Part shown: one piece after another, positions 17,415 to 26,250 of the stretch | Layout of the letters: the number at the start of each line of letters is the position of its first letter | Position numbering within the stretch: the first letter of the stretch is position 1 | Assembly (NCBI GenBank): GCA_965221835.1 | Contig: OZ244916.1 | Span: 1,785,643-1,849,642 of the forward strand | Length of the DNA stretch: 64,000 nt | From: Gammaproteobacteria bacterium | GTDB lineage: Bacteria; Pseudomonadota; Gammaproteobacteria; Tethybacterales; Persebacteraceae | Direction: 5' to 3' | Translations under genes and position numbers: made by a program | Notes under the pieces: model-generated | Databases searched by the model: none | What the model saw: the letters and a program-made list of their open reading frames with translations, nothing else | What the model was told of the DNA's origin: nothing

Positions 17415-18374
17415 ATGTCTGAAAACTCCGTTTTATATCCCGTTTCCGCGCCGTTTAATTCGGGGCGGTTGGCGGTTTCGGGGTTGCATTCGGTGGCGTT
17501 TGCGGAGTATGGAAATTCGCGGGGGATTCCGGTTGTTTATTTGCATGGCGGACCGGGCGGCGGCTCTTCGCCTTCGCAGGCGGCGTTTTTTTGTCCGCAA
17601 AAGTTTCGCGTTTTGTTGTTTGATCAGCGGGGTTGCGGCAGGTCTTTGCCGCATGCGGAGTTGCGCGAAAACACGACTTGGGATTTGGTTGCAGATATGG
17701 AAAAGTTGCGTGCGCATCTCGGCATTAAAAAATGGTTGGTGTGCGGCGGGTCGTGGGGAAGTGCGTTGGCGTTGGCGTATTCGCAAAAACATCCCGCCCG
17801 TTGTTTGGGAATGATTTTGCGCGGCATTTTTACTTTGCGGCGGGCGGAGTTGTTGTGGTTTTATCAAGAGGGTGCGAGTTGGATTTTTCCGGAGTTGTGG
17901 GCGGATTTTATCGCACCGATTCCGCCTGCCGAACGCGGCGATTTGCTTTCGGCGTATCATCGCCGATTGACTGGAAAAAACCGGGCGGAAATGAATCGGT
18001 GTGCGATTGCGTGGAGCAAATGGGAGGCGGCGACATTGTCGTTTGCGCGAAATGAAAAACGCGTTCGCGAATTTTCCGCGCCGCTTTTTGCGAAGGCGTT
18101 TGCGCGAATTGAATCGCATTATTTTGTTCACGGCGGATTTTTTGCGCGGGATGGACAACTGATTGCGGATGCGCAAAAACTTGCGGGCGTGCCGGGCGTT
18201 ATCATACAAGGGCGATACGATATTATTACGCCGACAAAAACCGCGTTTGATTTGCATCGCAACTGGCCGGGGTCGCGTTTGGAAATCGTTCCCGATGCCG
18301 GACACGCCGCCGACGAACCGGGAATCGCCGCCGCAATTCGCAAAGCCGCAGACGCGTTTGCGGAGAAATTTTAA
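17415..18374 (+). CDS. pip: proline iminopeptidase (S33)
   Basis: GIPVVYLHGGPGGG, GGSWGSALALAY nucleophile elbow, 319 aa. Confidence 0.9.
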   Translation: MSENSVLYPVSAPFNSGRLAVSGLHSVAFAEYGNSRGIPVVYLHGGPGGGSSPSQAAFFCPQKFRVLLFDQRGCGRSLPHAELRENTTWDLVADMEKLRAHLGIKKWLVCGGSWGSALALAYSQKHPARCLGMILRGIFTLRRAELLWFYQEGASWIFPELWADFIAPIPPAERGDLLSAYHRRLTGKNRAEMNRCAIAWSKWEAATLSFARNEKRVREFSAPLFAKAFARIESHYFVHGGFFARDGQLIADAQKLAGVPGVIIQGRYDIITPTKTAFDLHRNWPGSRLEIVPDAGHAADEPGIAAAIRKAADAFAEKF

Positions 18375-18414
18375 TTTGTTTGCGAAGTGCGAAATTTTTG
18401 CGCTTTGCGTTAAA

Positions 18415-18603
18415 GTTCGTTTTACGGCGCGAGAAAAAAATGTCTTCCATTTCCGTGAACGTTCGTTTTTCAGTGTGAGAAAAAATGTCTTCCATTTCCG
18501 TGAACGTTCGTTTTTACGGTGCGAGAAAAAATGTCTTCCATTTCCGCGAATGTTCGTTTTTACGATGCAAGAAAAAAATGTCTTCCATTTCCGTGAACGC
18601 GAG
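18415..18603. repeat. tandem repeat, ~46-bp unit x ~3.7 (gagaaaaaatgtcttccatttccgtgaacgttcgtttttacggtgc), containing the GAACGTTC palindrome
   Basis: Direct visual alignment of units at 18431, 18477, 18523 and 18570. Confidence 0.8.
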
Positions 18604-18741
18604 AATGAAAAAGGCGGCGGAGAGTTTGGGCGGAATTATTTTTTTCATCCGTTGCGGTTGTAAAAAAACTTCGTTCGGCGGGGAACAATGTAAAATGCAC
18701 GGTGAAACTTTTATTATTAAAATATGAAGGAGGAAACGGCG

Positions 18742-19368
18742 ATGGCATTTCGTGAACGGATAATTGAGATTTTGGAAAACGGCGCGCGCACTGTGTTTGC
18801 GCCGCAGACGGCGGGGCGCGAAAGTCCGGCGGCGAATTCGGCGGATACCGAAATGTCGGATGATGCGCGTCGGCATGCGGCGGCGTTGATGCGCGTGAAT
18901 CATTGCGGCGAAGTTTGCGCGCAGGCGTTGTATCAGGGGCAGGCGTTGTTTGCGCGCGATGCGGCGGTGCGCGAAAGTTTGCAGGAAGCGGCGGATGAAG
19001 AAATTGATCATCTCGCATGGACGGCGGAGCGAATTGAAGAACTCGGCGGACGACAAAGTTTTTTGAATCCGTTGTGGTTCGGCGGTGCATTCGCTATCGG
19101 TGCGGCGGCGGCGTTGGTGTCCGATAAAATCTCGCTGGGATTTGTCGCCGAAACCGAACGGCAAGTGTCGGCGCATCTGCAAAGTCATCTGGAAAAACTT
19201 CCGCCCGATGATGCGAAAAGCCGCCGCATCGTGGAACAAATGGATATTGACGAACAACGGCACGCCGCAAACGCCGTTGAAATGGGCGGTGCAGAACTGC
19301 CGCCGCCGATTAAAATCGCGATGCGTTTTGCCGGAAAAGTGATGACGCGCGGCAGTTATTGGATTTAG
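18742..19368 (+). CDS. coq7: demethoxyubiquinone hydroxylase (Coq7 family)
   Basis: [17 protein letters not shown], di-iron carboxylate EExxH motifs. AGGAGG RBS before ATG 18742; ORF track start 18724 is an upstream alternative. Confidence 0.85.
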   Translation: MAFRERIIEILENGARTVFAPQTAGRESPAANSADTEMSDDARRHAAALMRVNHCGEVCAQALYQGQALFARDAAVRESLQEAADEEIDHLAWTAERIEELGGRQSFLNPLWFGGAFAIGAAAALVSDKISLGFVAETERQVSAHLQSHLEKLPPDDAKSRRIVEQMDIDEQRHAANAVEMGGAELPPPIKIAMRFAGKVMTRGSYWI

Positions 19369-19377
19369 TTTTTCGCC

Positions 19378-20589
19378 GTGCGAAGCGACATCGCCCCCGG
19401 TTTTTTGCCTGACGCCGAATCGCAGCGGGCGCAAGAAATTGTTCGCTCGTGCGTGCATTGCGGAATGTGTACCGCGGTGTGTCCGACTTATATTTTGGAT
19501 CGCGATGAACGCGATAGTCCGCGCGGGCGAATTTATTTAATCAGCGAAATGATGCAAGACGGTGCGCCGTCCGCTGTTGCGTTGCGACATTTGGATCGGT
19601 GCCTGACTTGTCGCGCATGTGAAACTGCATGTCCGTCCGGCGTGCGTTATGCGGAGTTGGCGGATATCGGGCGGCATGCCGCCGAACCGGCGCGCAAAAC
19701 TTCCGCGCGTTTGTCGCGCAATGTTGTTGCCGCGATTTTTGGAAGTCCGAAAACAATGCGCGCGGCGGGTGCGTTGGCGGCGGCGGGACGTTTGGTTTTG
19801 CCGGGCGGATTGCGGCGGCATTTTGCGCGGCGGCGTAAGACAAAAATGCGCGCGCATTCGCGAAAAATGATTATGCTTTTCGGTTGCGTTGAAGGCGCGT
19901 TGTCGCCGCAAACGCATGCCGCATTGTCGGATGTTTTGCATTCGGCGAAAATCGGATTAATCAATTCGCCCGCCGCCGGATGTTGCGGCGCGTTGCGTTT
20001 TCATTTGAATCAACAGGAACGGGCGAAAGAAGAAATGCGCCGCAATGTCGCGGCATGGGCGCCGCTGTTGCGAACAGGCGAAGCGGAAACGATTGCGATG
20101 ACGGCGAGCGGCTGTCATCAGATGGTCGCGCGCTACGGCGAATTGTTGCAAACGGAAGACGCGCATTTAGTTTCGCAAAAAACGCAAAGCGCCGCGGCGA
20201 TTGTCGCGCGCGAATGGCAACGCGCCCCGCCGCGTTTTGCAAAGATTGCGAACGCGGCGGTGTCGTATCATTCGCCTTGCACAATGCAACACGGTGCGGA
20301 CGGCGACGGGCGGGCGGAAGAATTGTTGACGCAAGCCGGTTATGCAGTTTGCGCGCCCGCCGAAAAAGGCGTTTGTTGCGGTTCCGCCGGGACTTATTCA
20401 ATTTTGCAACCCGCGCGGGCGCGAAGATTGCGAACGCGAAAACTGCGAAATCTTTCCGCCGCCGGTGCAAGACAAATCGCGACCGCAAATATCGGCTGTC
20501 AACTTTTTTTGTCGGCGGGCGGAAAAAAACCGGCACTGCACTGGCTGGAACTCCTCGCCGAAGCAATCTCCGCCCCGTCGGAAAACTAA
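19378..20589 (+). CDS. glcF: glycolate oxidase iron-sulfur subunit-like (Fe-S oxidoreductase, GlcF family)
   Basis: Two 4Fe-4S ferredoxin motifs CVHCGMCTAVCP and CLTCRACETACP, followed by CCG-type Cys-rich domains. Confidence 0.75.
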   Translation: MRSDIAPGFLPDAESQRAQEIVRSCVHCGMCTAVCPTYILDRDERDSPRGRIYLISEMMQDGAPSAVALRHLDRCLTCRACETACPSGVRYAELADIGRHAAEPARKTSARLSRNVVAAIFGSPKTMRAAGALAAAGRLVLPGGLRRHFARRRKTKMRAHSRKMIMLFGCVEGALSPQTHAALSDVLHSAKIGLINSPAAGCCGALRFHLNQQERAKEEMRRNVAAWAPLLRTGEAETIAMTASGCHQMVARYGELLQTEDAHLVSQKTQSAAAIVAREWQRAPPRFAKIANAAVSYHSPCTMQHGADGDGRAEELLTQAGYAVCAPAEKGVCCGSAGTYSILQPARARRLRTRKLRNLSAAGARQIATANIGCQLFLSAGGKKPALHWLELLAEAISAPSEN

Positions 20590-20610
20590 ATTCAAAATAC
20601 AAAAATAAGC

Positions 20611-20621
20611 GGGGGGGGGGG
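20611..20621. repeat. homopolymeric G11 tract between convergent glcF and serC 3' ends
   Basis: aagc-ggggggggggg-taaaa seen directly. Confidence 0.85.
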
Positions 20622-20709
20622 TAAAAATTCGTTTTATAAAACGATGGCGGATGCGCCGATTTGTTTGCGCCGCGAACGGATTCTGAATTCCGGATTTCGC
20701 GAAAAAAAA

Positions 20710-21780
20710 TTAACCGCGCCGTTTGGCGAAATCGCGCATGTAATCCGTGAGTTGACGAACGCCCGCAACGGGCATCGCGTTATAAATGGACGCGCGACAG
20801 CCGCCGAGAACGGCGTGTCCTTTAAGTCCAATCATTCCGTTTTGTTGCGCGCCCGTCAAAAAATCGGCAGTCAAAGAATCGTCCGGCAGAAAAAACGGCA
20901 CATTCATTCGCGAACGACAATCGGGTGAAACATCGTTGCGATAAAATCCTTCGTTTATGCAGTCGTATAACAGGCGCGATTTTTCATCGCTGCGGCGCGC
21001 CATTTCGGCGAGTCCGCCTTCGTTTTTAATCCATTCCAAAACCAGCGCGGACATATAAATCGGAAAAGTCGGCGGCGTATTAAACATAGAATCGTTTTCC
21101 GCTTGCAAATTATAATCCCAAACGCGCGGCGTTTGCGGGCGGGGGCGAACGAGCGATTTGCGAACGATAACGATTGTGACACCGGTCGGTCCGATATTTT
21201 TTTGCGCCCCGGCATAAATCAATCCATAATCGTTAATGTTTAGCGGACGCGAAAGAATGTTGGAAGACATATCCGCCACCAGCGGCACATCGGCAACGGG
21301 CGGATGCAAAAACTCCACGCCATGCACCGTTTCGTTGTCCGCATAGTGCAAATATGCCGCATTCGCCGCAACGGGTTCCGTTTTTTGCGGCAGCGAAGTG
21401 TGTTCGTCGCCGGTGTCGGCGACAATTTGCACGCGGCAATATTTTTTCGCTTCTTCGGCGGCGCGGCGCGACCAGTGTCCGGTAATCATATAGGCGGCGG
21501 TCGTGTTTTCATCGGCGGCGAGATTCATCGCCAACGCCGCCGCTTGTCCGGTCGCACCGCCGGTGAGAAATAAAACCGCGTAATCGTCGCCGACATTGAG
21601 CAACTCGCGCAACAACGAATGCGCCTTTTCGTAAATGTCCATAAACGCCGCCCCGCGATGTAAAATTTCCATCGCCGAAGCGCCCTCGCCGCGGTAAGTT
21701 AAAAATTCATCGTGCGCCCGCGCCATCACTTCGTCGGGCAATCCGCACGGACCGGGATTAAAATTGTAAGCGCGTTCCAT
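20710..21780 (-). CDS. serC: phosphoserine aminotransferase
   Basis: MERAYNFNPGPCGLPDEVM N-terminus, class V aminotransferase fold, 356 aa. Confidence 0.9.
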   Translation of the reverse strand: MERAYNFNPGPCGLPDEVMARAHDEFLTYRGEGASAMEILHRGAAFMDIYEKAHSLLRELLNVGDDYAVLFLTGGATGQAAALAMNLAADENTTAAYMITGHWSRRAAEEAKKYCRVQIVADTGDEHTSLPQKTEPVAANAAYLHYADNETVHGVEFLHPPVADVPLVADMSSNILSRPLNINDYGLIYAGAQKNIGPTGVTIVIVRKSLVRPRPQTPRVWDYNLQAENDSMFNTPPTFPIYMSALVLEWIKNEGGLAEMARRSDEKSRLLYDCINEGFYRNDVSPDCRSRMNVPFFLPDDSLTADFLTGAQQNGMIGLKGHAVLGGCRASIYNAMPVAGVRQLTDYMRDFAKRRG

Positions 21781-21836
21781 CCCGCCATTTTACCGCATTT
21801 CCCGCCGAATGCAAATTCAATTTGTCCGGCGATTTG

Positions 21837-22139
21837 TTAAAAATTAATTCGCCCGATTTCAAACGCGTCCGATTCTGCAATGTCCAACTGATATTTCGGA
21901 TTGCGCGGCGAACCATCGGCATTTCGTCCCTGCGAAAACATGCCGAGCGTTTTGCTGTTTGCGGCGGTAATTGTTAAAAATAAAATTTGCCGCAGAGTCG
22001 CGCGTGTTTTGCGATAGCGCGAAGTCGCGTTGCGCTCAATTCTATTGCGTTCGTATTTGGACAGTCCGCCTTTTAATTCGGAATGCCACTTTTGGAAAGT
22101 CCGATTTTCGTCGTTGTAGTCCACATCCAAAAGCGCCAT
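21837..22139 (-). CDS. hypothetical protein (100 aa); 3' end duplicated at 22296-22358
   Basis: ORF only. The 62-bp copy of its 3' end (gttaaaaattaattcgcccgatttcaaacgcgtccgattctgcaatgtccaactgatattt) recurs 460 bp away. Confidence 0.3.
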   Translation of the reverse strand: MALLDVDYNDENRTFQKWHSELKGGLSKYERNRIERNATSRYRKTRATLRQILFLTITAANSKTLGMFSQGRNADGSPRNPKYQLDIAESDAFEIGRINF

Positions 22140-22178
22140 AATAATTCCGATTTTACCGCGAAACTATGCCAAAAAACT

Positions 22179-22284
22179 CTCGCCCCTGACATTTGTCGGG
22201 GGCGAAACCAGCCGCAGCAGTTTACTGTTGCAAAACCCGGCATTTTCCGCGAACGATAGAAGGGCGGAGTAAACTCCGCCGAAT
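22179..22284. mobile_element. truncated copy of a MITE-like element (full copy at 58159-58291)
   Basis: ~100 bp >95% identical to 58159-58265, including the left TIR ctcgcccctgacatttgtcgggggcgaaa. Right TIR missing. Confidence 0.6.
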
Positions 22285-22473
22285 GTTTTTGTCCGGCGTT
22301 TCGTTAAAAATTAATTCGCCCGATTTCAAACGCGTCCGATTCTGCAATGTCCAACTGATATTTTCGCCCCGTTATTCCCGCGAATGCGAGAATTTAAATT
22401 GTTGGCGTAAATCGGAATTTTGGGATTTTTCGCTTGTGCGGGGAATGACAAATTTGCCGCCTGTTTTGCGAAT

Positions 22474-23304
22474 TTATTTTTGCAAACGCCGCAGGATGCG
22501 GTCAAGTGCGTCAAGGGAGGCGTAGTGCATAATGAGTTTGCCGCCTTTGCCGCGGGGGAGAATTTGTACGCGCGTTGACAACTTTGCCGATAGTTCCGAT
22601 TCTAGTCGCCGCGTGTCGCCGTCTTTGGCGGGGGCGGATTTTTTGGGTGAATCGTTTTGTTGCACTAAACGTTCTACGGCGCGCACCGGTAGTTTTTCGG
22701 CGGCTATTTTGCGCGCCAATGTGAGTTGACGCGCGGGCGATAGCGACAACAACGGGCGCGCATGTCCGCCGTCCATTTCGCCGTCTTCCAGCATTTTTAA
22801 TACCGGCGGCGACAGCGACAAAAGGCGCAAAAGATTGCTTACCGCCGCGCGCGACATTCCCAAATGTTCCGCCGCTTGCGCGTGTGTCATTTGCGTTTCT
22901 TCTAACAATCGGGCAATGCCGCGCGCTTGTTCGGCGGCGTTTAAATCGGCGCGCTGAATATTTTCCACCAGCGCGAAAAGCATCGCTTCGCGGTCGGACA
23001 ATTCGCGAACGATTGCCGGAATTTCGGCGAGTGCCGCCATTTGCGCCGCCCGCCAACGTCTTTCGCCGGCGACAATTTCCAATCCGTTTTTTGTTGGACG
23101 GGCGACAATCGGCTGAATGACGCCGCGTTGACGAATGGAATCGGCGAGTGCCGTCAATTCTGCTTGCGCAAAACGGCGGCGCGGTTGTCCCGCACCGGGA
23201 TGCAAATCGGCGAGAGGGATGCGGCGGATTCCTTCGCCGGACGAAGAGGCGGCGGCGGTCGCGCCCAACAATTCGTCCAGTCCGCGCCCAAGTCCGTGTT
23301 TCAT
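22474..23304 (-). CDS. parB: chromosome partitioning protein ParB
   Basis: MKHGLGRGLDELL, ParB box IVAGERRWRAA, HTH. True ATG at 23304; the ORF track's 405-aa ORF is an upstream extension. Confidence 0.9.
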   Translation of the reverse strand: MKHGLGRGLDELLGATAAASSSGEGIRRIPLADLHPGAGQPRRRFAQAELTALADSIRQRGVIQPIVARPTKNGLEIVAGERRWRAAQMAALAEIPAIVRELSDREAMLFALVENIQRADLNAAEQARGIARLLEETQMTHAQAAEHLGMSRAAVSNLLRLLSLSPPVLKMLEDGEMDGGHARPLLSLSPARQLTLARKIAAEKLPVRAVERLVQQNDSPKKSAPAKDGDTRRLESELSAKLSTRVQILPRGKGGKLIMHYASLDALDRILRRLQK

Positions 23305-24059
23305 GCGAAGCGCGCCAAAAACTCGTCGCCCAAACGGCGATAGCCGTCCGCACCGGGCGAACGCGGCGCATATCGCAACACCGGCAAACAATGACTCGGC
23401 GCTTCTGCTACTCGCACATTGCGCAAAATGGCGGTGGAAAAAACTTTTTCGCCGAAGTGCCGTTCTAGTTCGTCGGAAATGTTGCGCGCCAAAATATTGC
23501 GCCGGTCCAACATTGAACGGACGATTCCCGCGATATGCAAAGACGGATTCCAGCCCGCCCGCAAACGGCGAATCGTCGCCGCCAAATCCGAAAGTCCTTC
23601 CATCGCAAAATATTCGCACTGCATCGGAATCAAAACGCGTTCCGCCGCCACCAATGCGTTGACGGTCAACGCGCCCAAAGACGGCGGGCAATCTATCAGC
23701 GCAAAATCAAACTCGCTTTTTAGCGGACGCAATCCTTTTTGCAGTCGCTGTTGCCAGTCGGTTGCGCCGGCGAGTTCCATTTCCGCGCCCGCCAAATTCA
23801 TGTTCGCCGCCAGCATCCAATATTTTCCCGCGCACGAATAAATGAGTTTGTCGGCGGCGGGTGCGCCGTCCAATACTTCGTAAATGCCGCCGGCGATTCG
23901 CCATTTGTCTATGCCGCTGCCAGAAGTTGCGTTGCCTTGCGGGTCGGAATCGATGAGGAGTACTTTTTTGCCGCATTCGGCGAGACGCGCTGCCAGATTT
24001 AAACTGACTGTCGTTTTGCCGGTGCCGCCTTTTTGGTTGATGATGGCGAAAATTTTCAT
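23301..24059 (-). CDS. parA: chromosome partitioning ATPase ParA/Soj
   Basis: MKIFAIINQKGGTGKTT deviant Walker A. ATGA overlap with parB. Confidence 0.9.
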   Translation of the reverse strand: MKIFAIINQKGGTGKTTVSLNLAARLAECGKKVLLIDSDPQGNATSGSGIDKWRIAGGIYEVLDGAPAADKLIYSCAGKYWMLAANMNLAGAEMELAGATDWQQRLQKGLRPLKSEFDFALIDCPPSLGALTVNALVAAERVLIPMQCEYFAMEGLSDLAATIRRLRAGWNPSLHIAGIVRSMLDRRNILARNISDELERHFGEKVFSTAILRNVRVAEAPSHCLPVLRYAPRSPGADGYRRLGDEFLARFA

Positions 24060-25879
24060 TTTCGTTTTGTACGCGCGCGCAAAAAAACCGCCAGCAACGA
24101 CAACGCCGCCGGAGTCATTCCGCCGATTCGCCGCGCCTGCCGCACATTCGCCGGACGATGGCGGACGAACAATTCGCGCACTTCGCACGACAAACCGGAA
24201 ACGGCGGCGAAATCAAAATCGTCTGGAATATGCATTTCGTCTTCGTCTTGCGCCCGCGAAAGTCGCACCGATTGATGCCGAATGTAGCCGGCGTACTTAA
24301 AACGCGATTCAATTTCTGCAATGTCGGCGGGGGCGGAAAGTCGTTTTTCCGGCAAATCGGCGTAAGAATTTTCGGGTTTGCAAATCCATGCGGCGGCGGT
24401 TTGCGGCGGCGAGTTTGGCGGGCGAATTATTTCTTTTTGCAACCGCTGTTCTTCGTTTTGCAAACGATCGCGGCGCGCACAAAACGATTCCCATCGCGCA
24501 TCGCAGATGAGATTCAATTCCCGCCCGACCGGCGTCAAACGCAAATCGGCGTTGTCTTCGCGCAACGACAAACGGCATTCGGCACGGCTGGTAAACATCC
24601 GGTACGGTTCCGATACGCCGCGCGCGGTAATGTCGTCAATCAGCACGCCGATATACGATTCTTCGCGGCGCGGAATCCATGGCGCAATGTCTTTTGCAAA
24701 ATGTGCGGCGTTTAATCCGGCGACGAGTCCTTGCGCCGCCGCTTCTTCGTAACCGGTCGTGCCGTTGATTTGTCCGGCGAAAAATAAACCGGCAACGGCG
24801 CGCGTTTGCAAAGACGGCGACAACGCGCGCGGATCAAAATAATCGTATTCCACCGCGTAGCCGAATTGCAAAATGCGCGCGTTTTCTAGACCGGCAACTT
24901 GCGCGACAAACGCCGATTGTGTTTGCTCAGGCAATGCGGTAGAAATGCCGTTCGGATAATAAACGCGCCCGTCCAAAGTTTCCGGTTCCAAAAAAATGCG
25001 GTGCGAATCGCGTTCGGGAAAACGCGCAACTTTGTCTTCCACGGACGGACAATAACGCGGTCCCGCGCCGCCGATTGCGCCGCTGAATGCGGGCGATTCG
25101 TGCGTTGCCGCGCGAATGATTTCGTGCGCTTTTTCGTTCGTGCGCGTGATATGACACGGCATTTCCGGCGGACGGCGGCGGGCGGTTTCCAAAAACGAAA
25201 ACTGCGGGCGGGGCGAATCGCCGTGTTGCGTTTCCAGATTTGCAAAATTAATACTCGCGCCGTCTAATCGCGGCGGCGTGCCGGTTTTGAGTCGTCCGAC
25301 CGGCAAATTCAATTCGCGCAACTTTTGGGCGAGACGCGAAGAATCGGAATCGCCCGCCCGTCCGCCGGGTGTTTGTTTTGCGCCGGTGTGCAAAACGCCG
25401 CCCAAAAAAGTTCCGGCGGTTAGTACCACCGCTGCGGCGGAAAATAAATCGCCGCCCGCCCGCACACCCGCCGCCCGTCCGTTGCGAATCAGAATATCAT
25501 CCGCCGCGCATTCGGCGATTTGCACCGGCGATTCGGCGATGGCAAATCGCATTGCGCGGCGATATAATTCGCGGTCGGTTTGCATTCGGGTTGCGCGTAC
25601 TGCCGCGCCGCGACTGCTGTTTAAGCGGCGGCATTGAATGCCGGAATCGTCTGCGGCTTGCGCCATTGCGCCGCCGAGTGCGTCAATTTCTTTTACTAAA
25701 TGCCCCTTGCCGATGCCGCCGATGGCGGGATTGCACGACATTCGCCCGATTGCCGATTCGGAATGCGTCAGCAAAAGTGCGGATGCGCCCGCACGACAGG
25801 CGGCGAGGGCGGCTTCCGCCCCGGCGTGTCCGCCGCCGACAACGACAACATCAAATTGTTTTTCCATAATGCGAATCAT
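24056..25879 (-). CDS. mnmG: tRNA uridine 5-carboxymethylaminomethyl modification enzyme MnmG (GidA)
   Basis: FDVVVVGGGHAGAEAA...MSCNPAIGGIGKGHLVKEIDALGG. Confidence 0.92.
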   Translation of the reverse strand: MIRIMEKQFDVVVVGGGHAGAEAALAACRAGASALLLTHSESAIGRMSCNPAIGGIGKGHLVKEIDALGGAMAQAADDSGIQCRRLNSSRGAAVRATRMQTDRELYRRAMRFAIAESPVQIAECAADDILIRNGRAAGVRAGGDLFSAAAVVLTAGTFLGGVLHTGAKQTPGGRAGDSDSSRLAQKLRELNLPVGRLKTGTPPRLDGASINFANLETQHGDSPRPQFSFLETARRRPPEMPCHITRTNEKAHEIIRAATHESPAFSGAIGGAGPRYCPSVEDKVARFPERDSHRIFLEPETLDGRVYYPNGISTALPEQTQSAFVAQVAGLENARILQFGYAVEYDYFDPRALSPSLQTRAVAGLFFAGQINGTTGYEEAAAQGLVAGLNAAHFAKDIAPWIPRREESYIGVLIDDITARGVSEPYRMFTSRAECRLSLREDNADLRLTPVGRELNLICDARWESFCARRDRLQNEEQRLQKEIIRPPNSPPQTAAAWICKPENSYADLPEKRLSAPADIAEIESRFKYAGYIRHQSVRLSRAQDEDEMHIPDDFDFAAVSGLSCEVRELFVRHRPANVRQARRIGGMTPAALSLLAVFLRARTKRK

Positions 25880-25926
25880 ACTCTACGCGCCGCATTTTGC
25901 GAAAATCGGCGTTTATGAATTCCGGC

Positions 25927-26066
25927 GTTCACGGGAATGGAAGATTTTTTCATGATTTTTCCATGTCGCTTTTGTTCACGGGAATGGAAGATTTTTTCAT
26001 GATTTTTTCATGTCGCTTTCGTTCACGGGAATGGAATGTTTTTTCCATGTCGCTTTTCATTTACGG
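25927..26066. repeat. tandem repeat ~47-bp unit x3 (gttcacgggaatggaagattttttcatgatttttccatgtcgctttt), inverted relative to the array at 18415-18603
   Basis: Units at 25927, 25974 and 26021. The core gttcacggRaatggaaga is the reverse complement of the tcttccatttccgtgaac core at 18.4 kb. Confidence 0.75.
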
Positions 26067-26112
26067 AAAAAAACGCTTTTTTCTCGCAAGCGCCGGGACA
26101 ATCAATTAAAAC

Positions 26113-26200
26113 TGGAAAATCGTAAACCGTAAAACTGGAAAATCGCAAAATCGCAAAATCGCAAAATCGCAAAATCGGAAAATCGTAAAACCGAAAAAGC
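26113..26200. repeat. octanucleotide tandem repeat (N-AAAATCG) x ~10, with 5 perfect consecutive CAAAATCG units
   Basis: Seen directly in the divergent mnmG/pheA intergenic region. Confidence 0.8.
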
Positions 26201-26250
26201 GGGGCGGATGTTGACGGCGAAACTTTGCAAATCGGTTAAAATATAACGCG

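Noticed and set aside
22474-24188. Long N-terminal extensions of parB (405 aa) and parA (295 aa) ORFs
   Set aside because: Conserved N-termini MKHGLGRGLDEL (ParB) and MKIFAIINQKGG (ParA) start at internal ATGs. The extensions overlap upstream genes.
24158-25637. Multiple 100-190-aa ORFs on both strands inside mnmG
   Set aside because: Overlapped by the well-supported MnmG frame.
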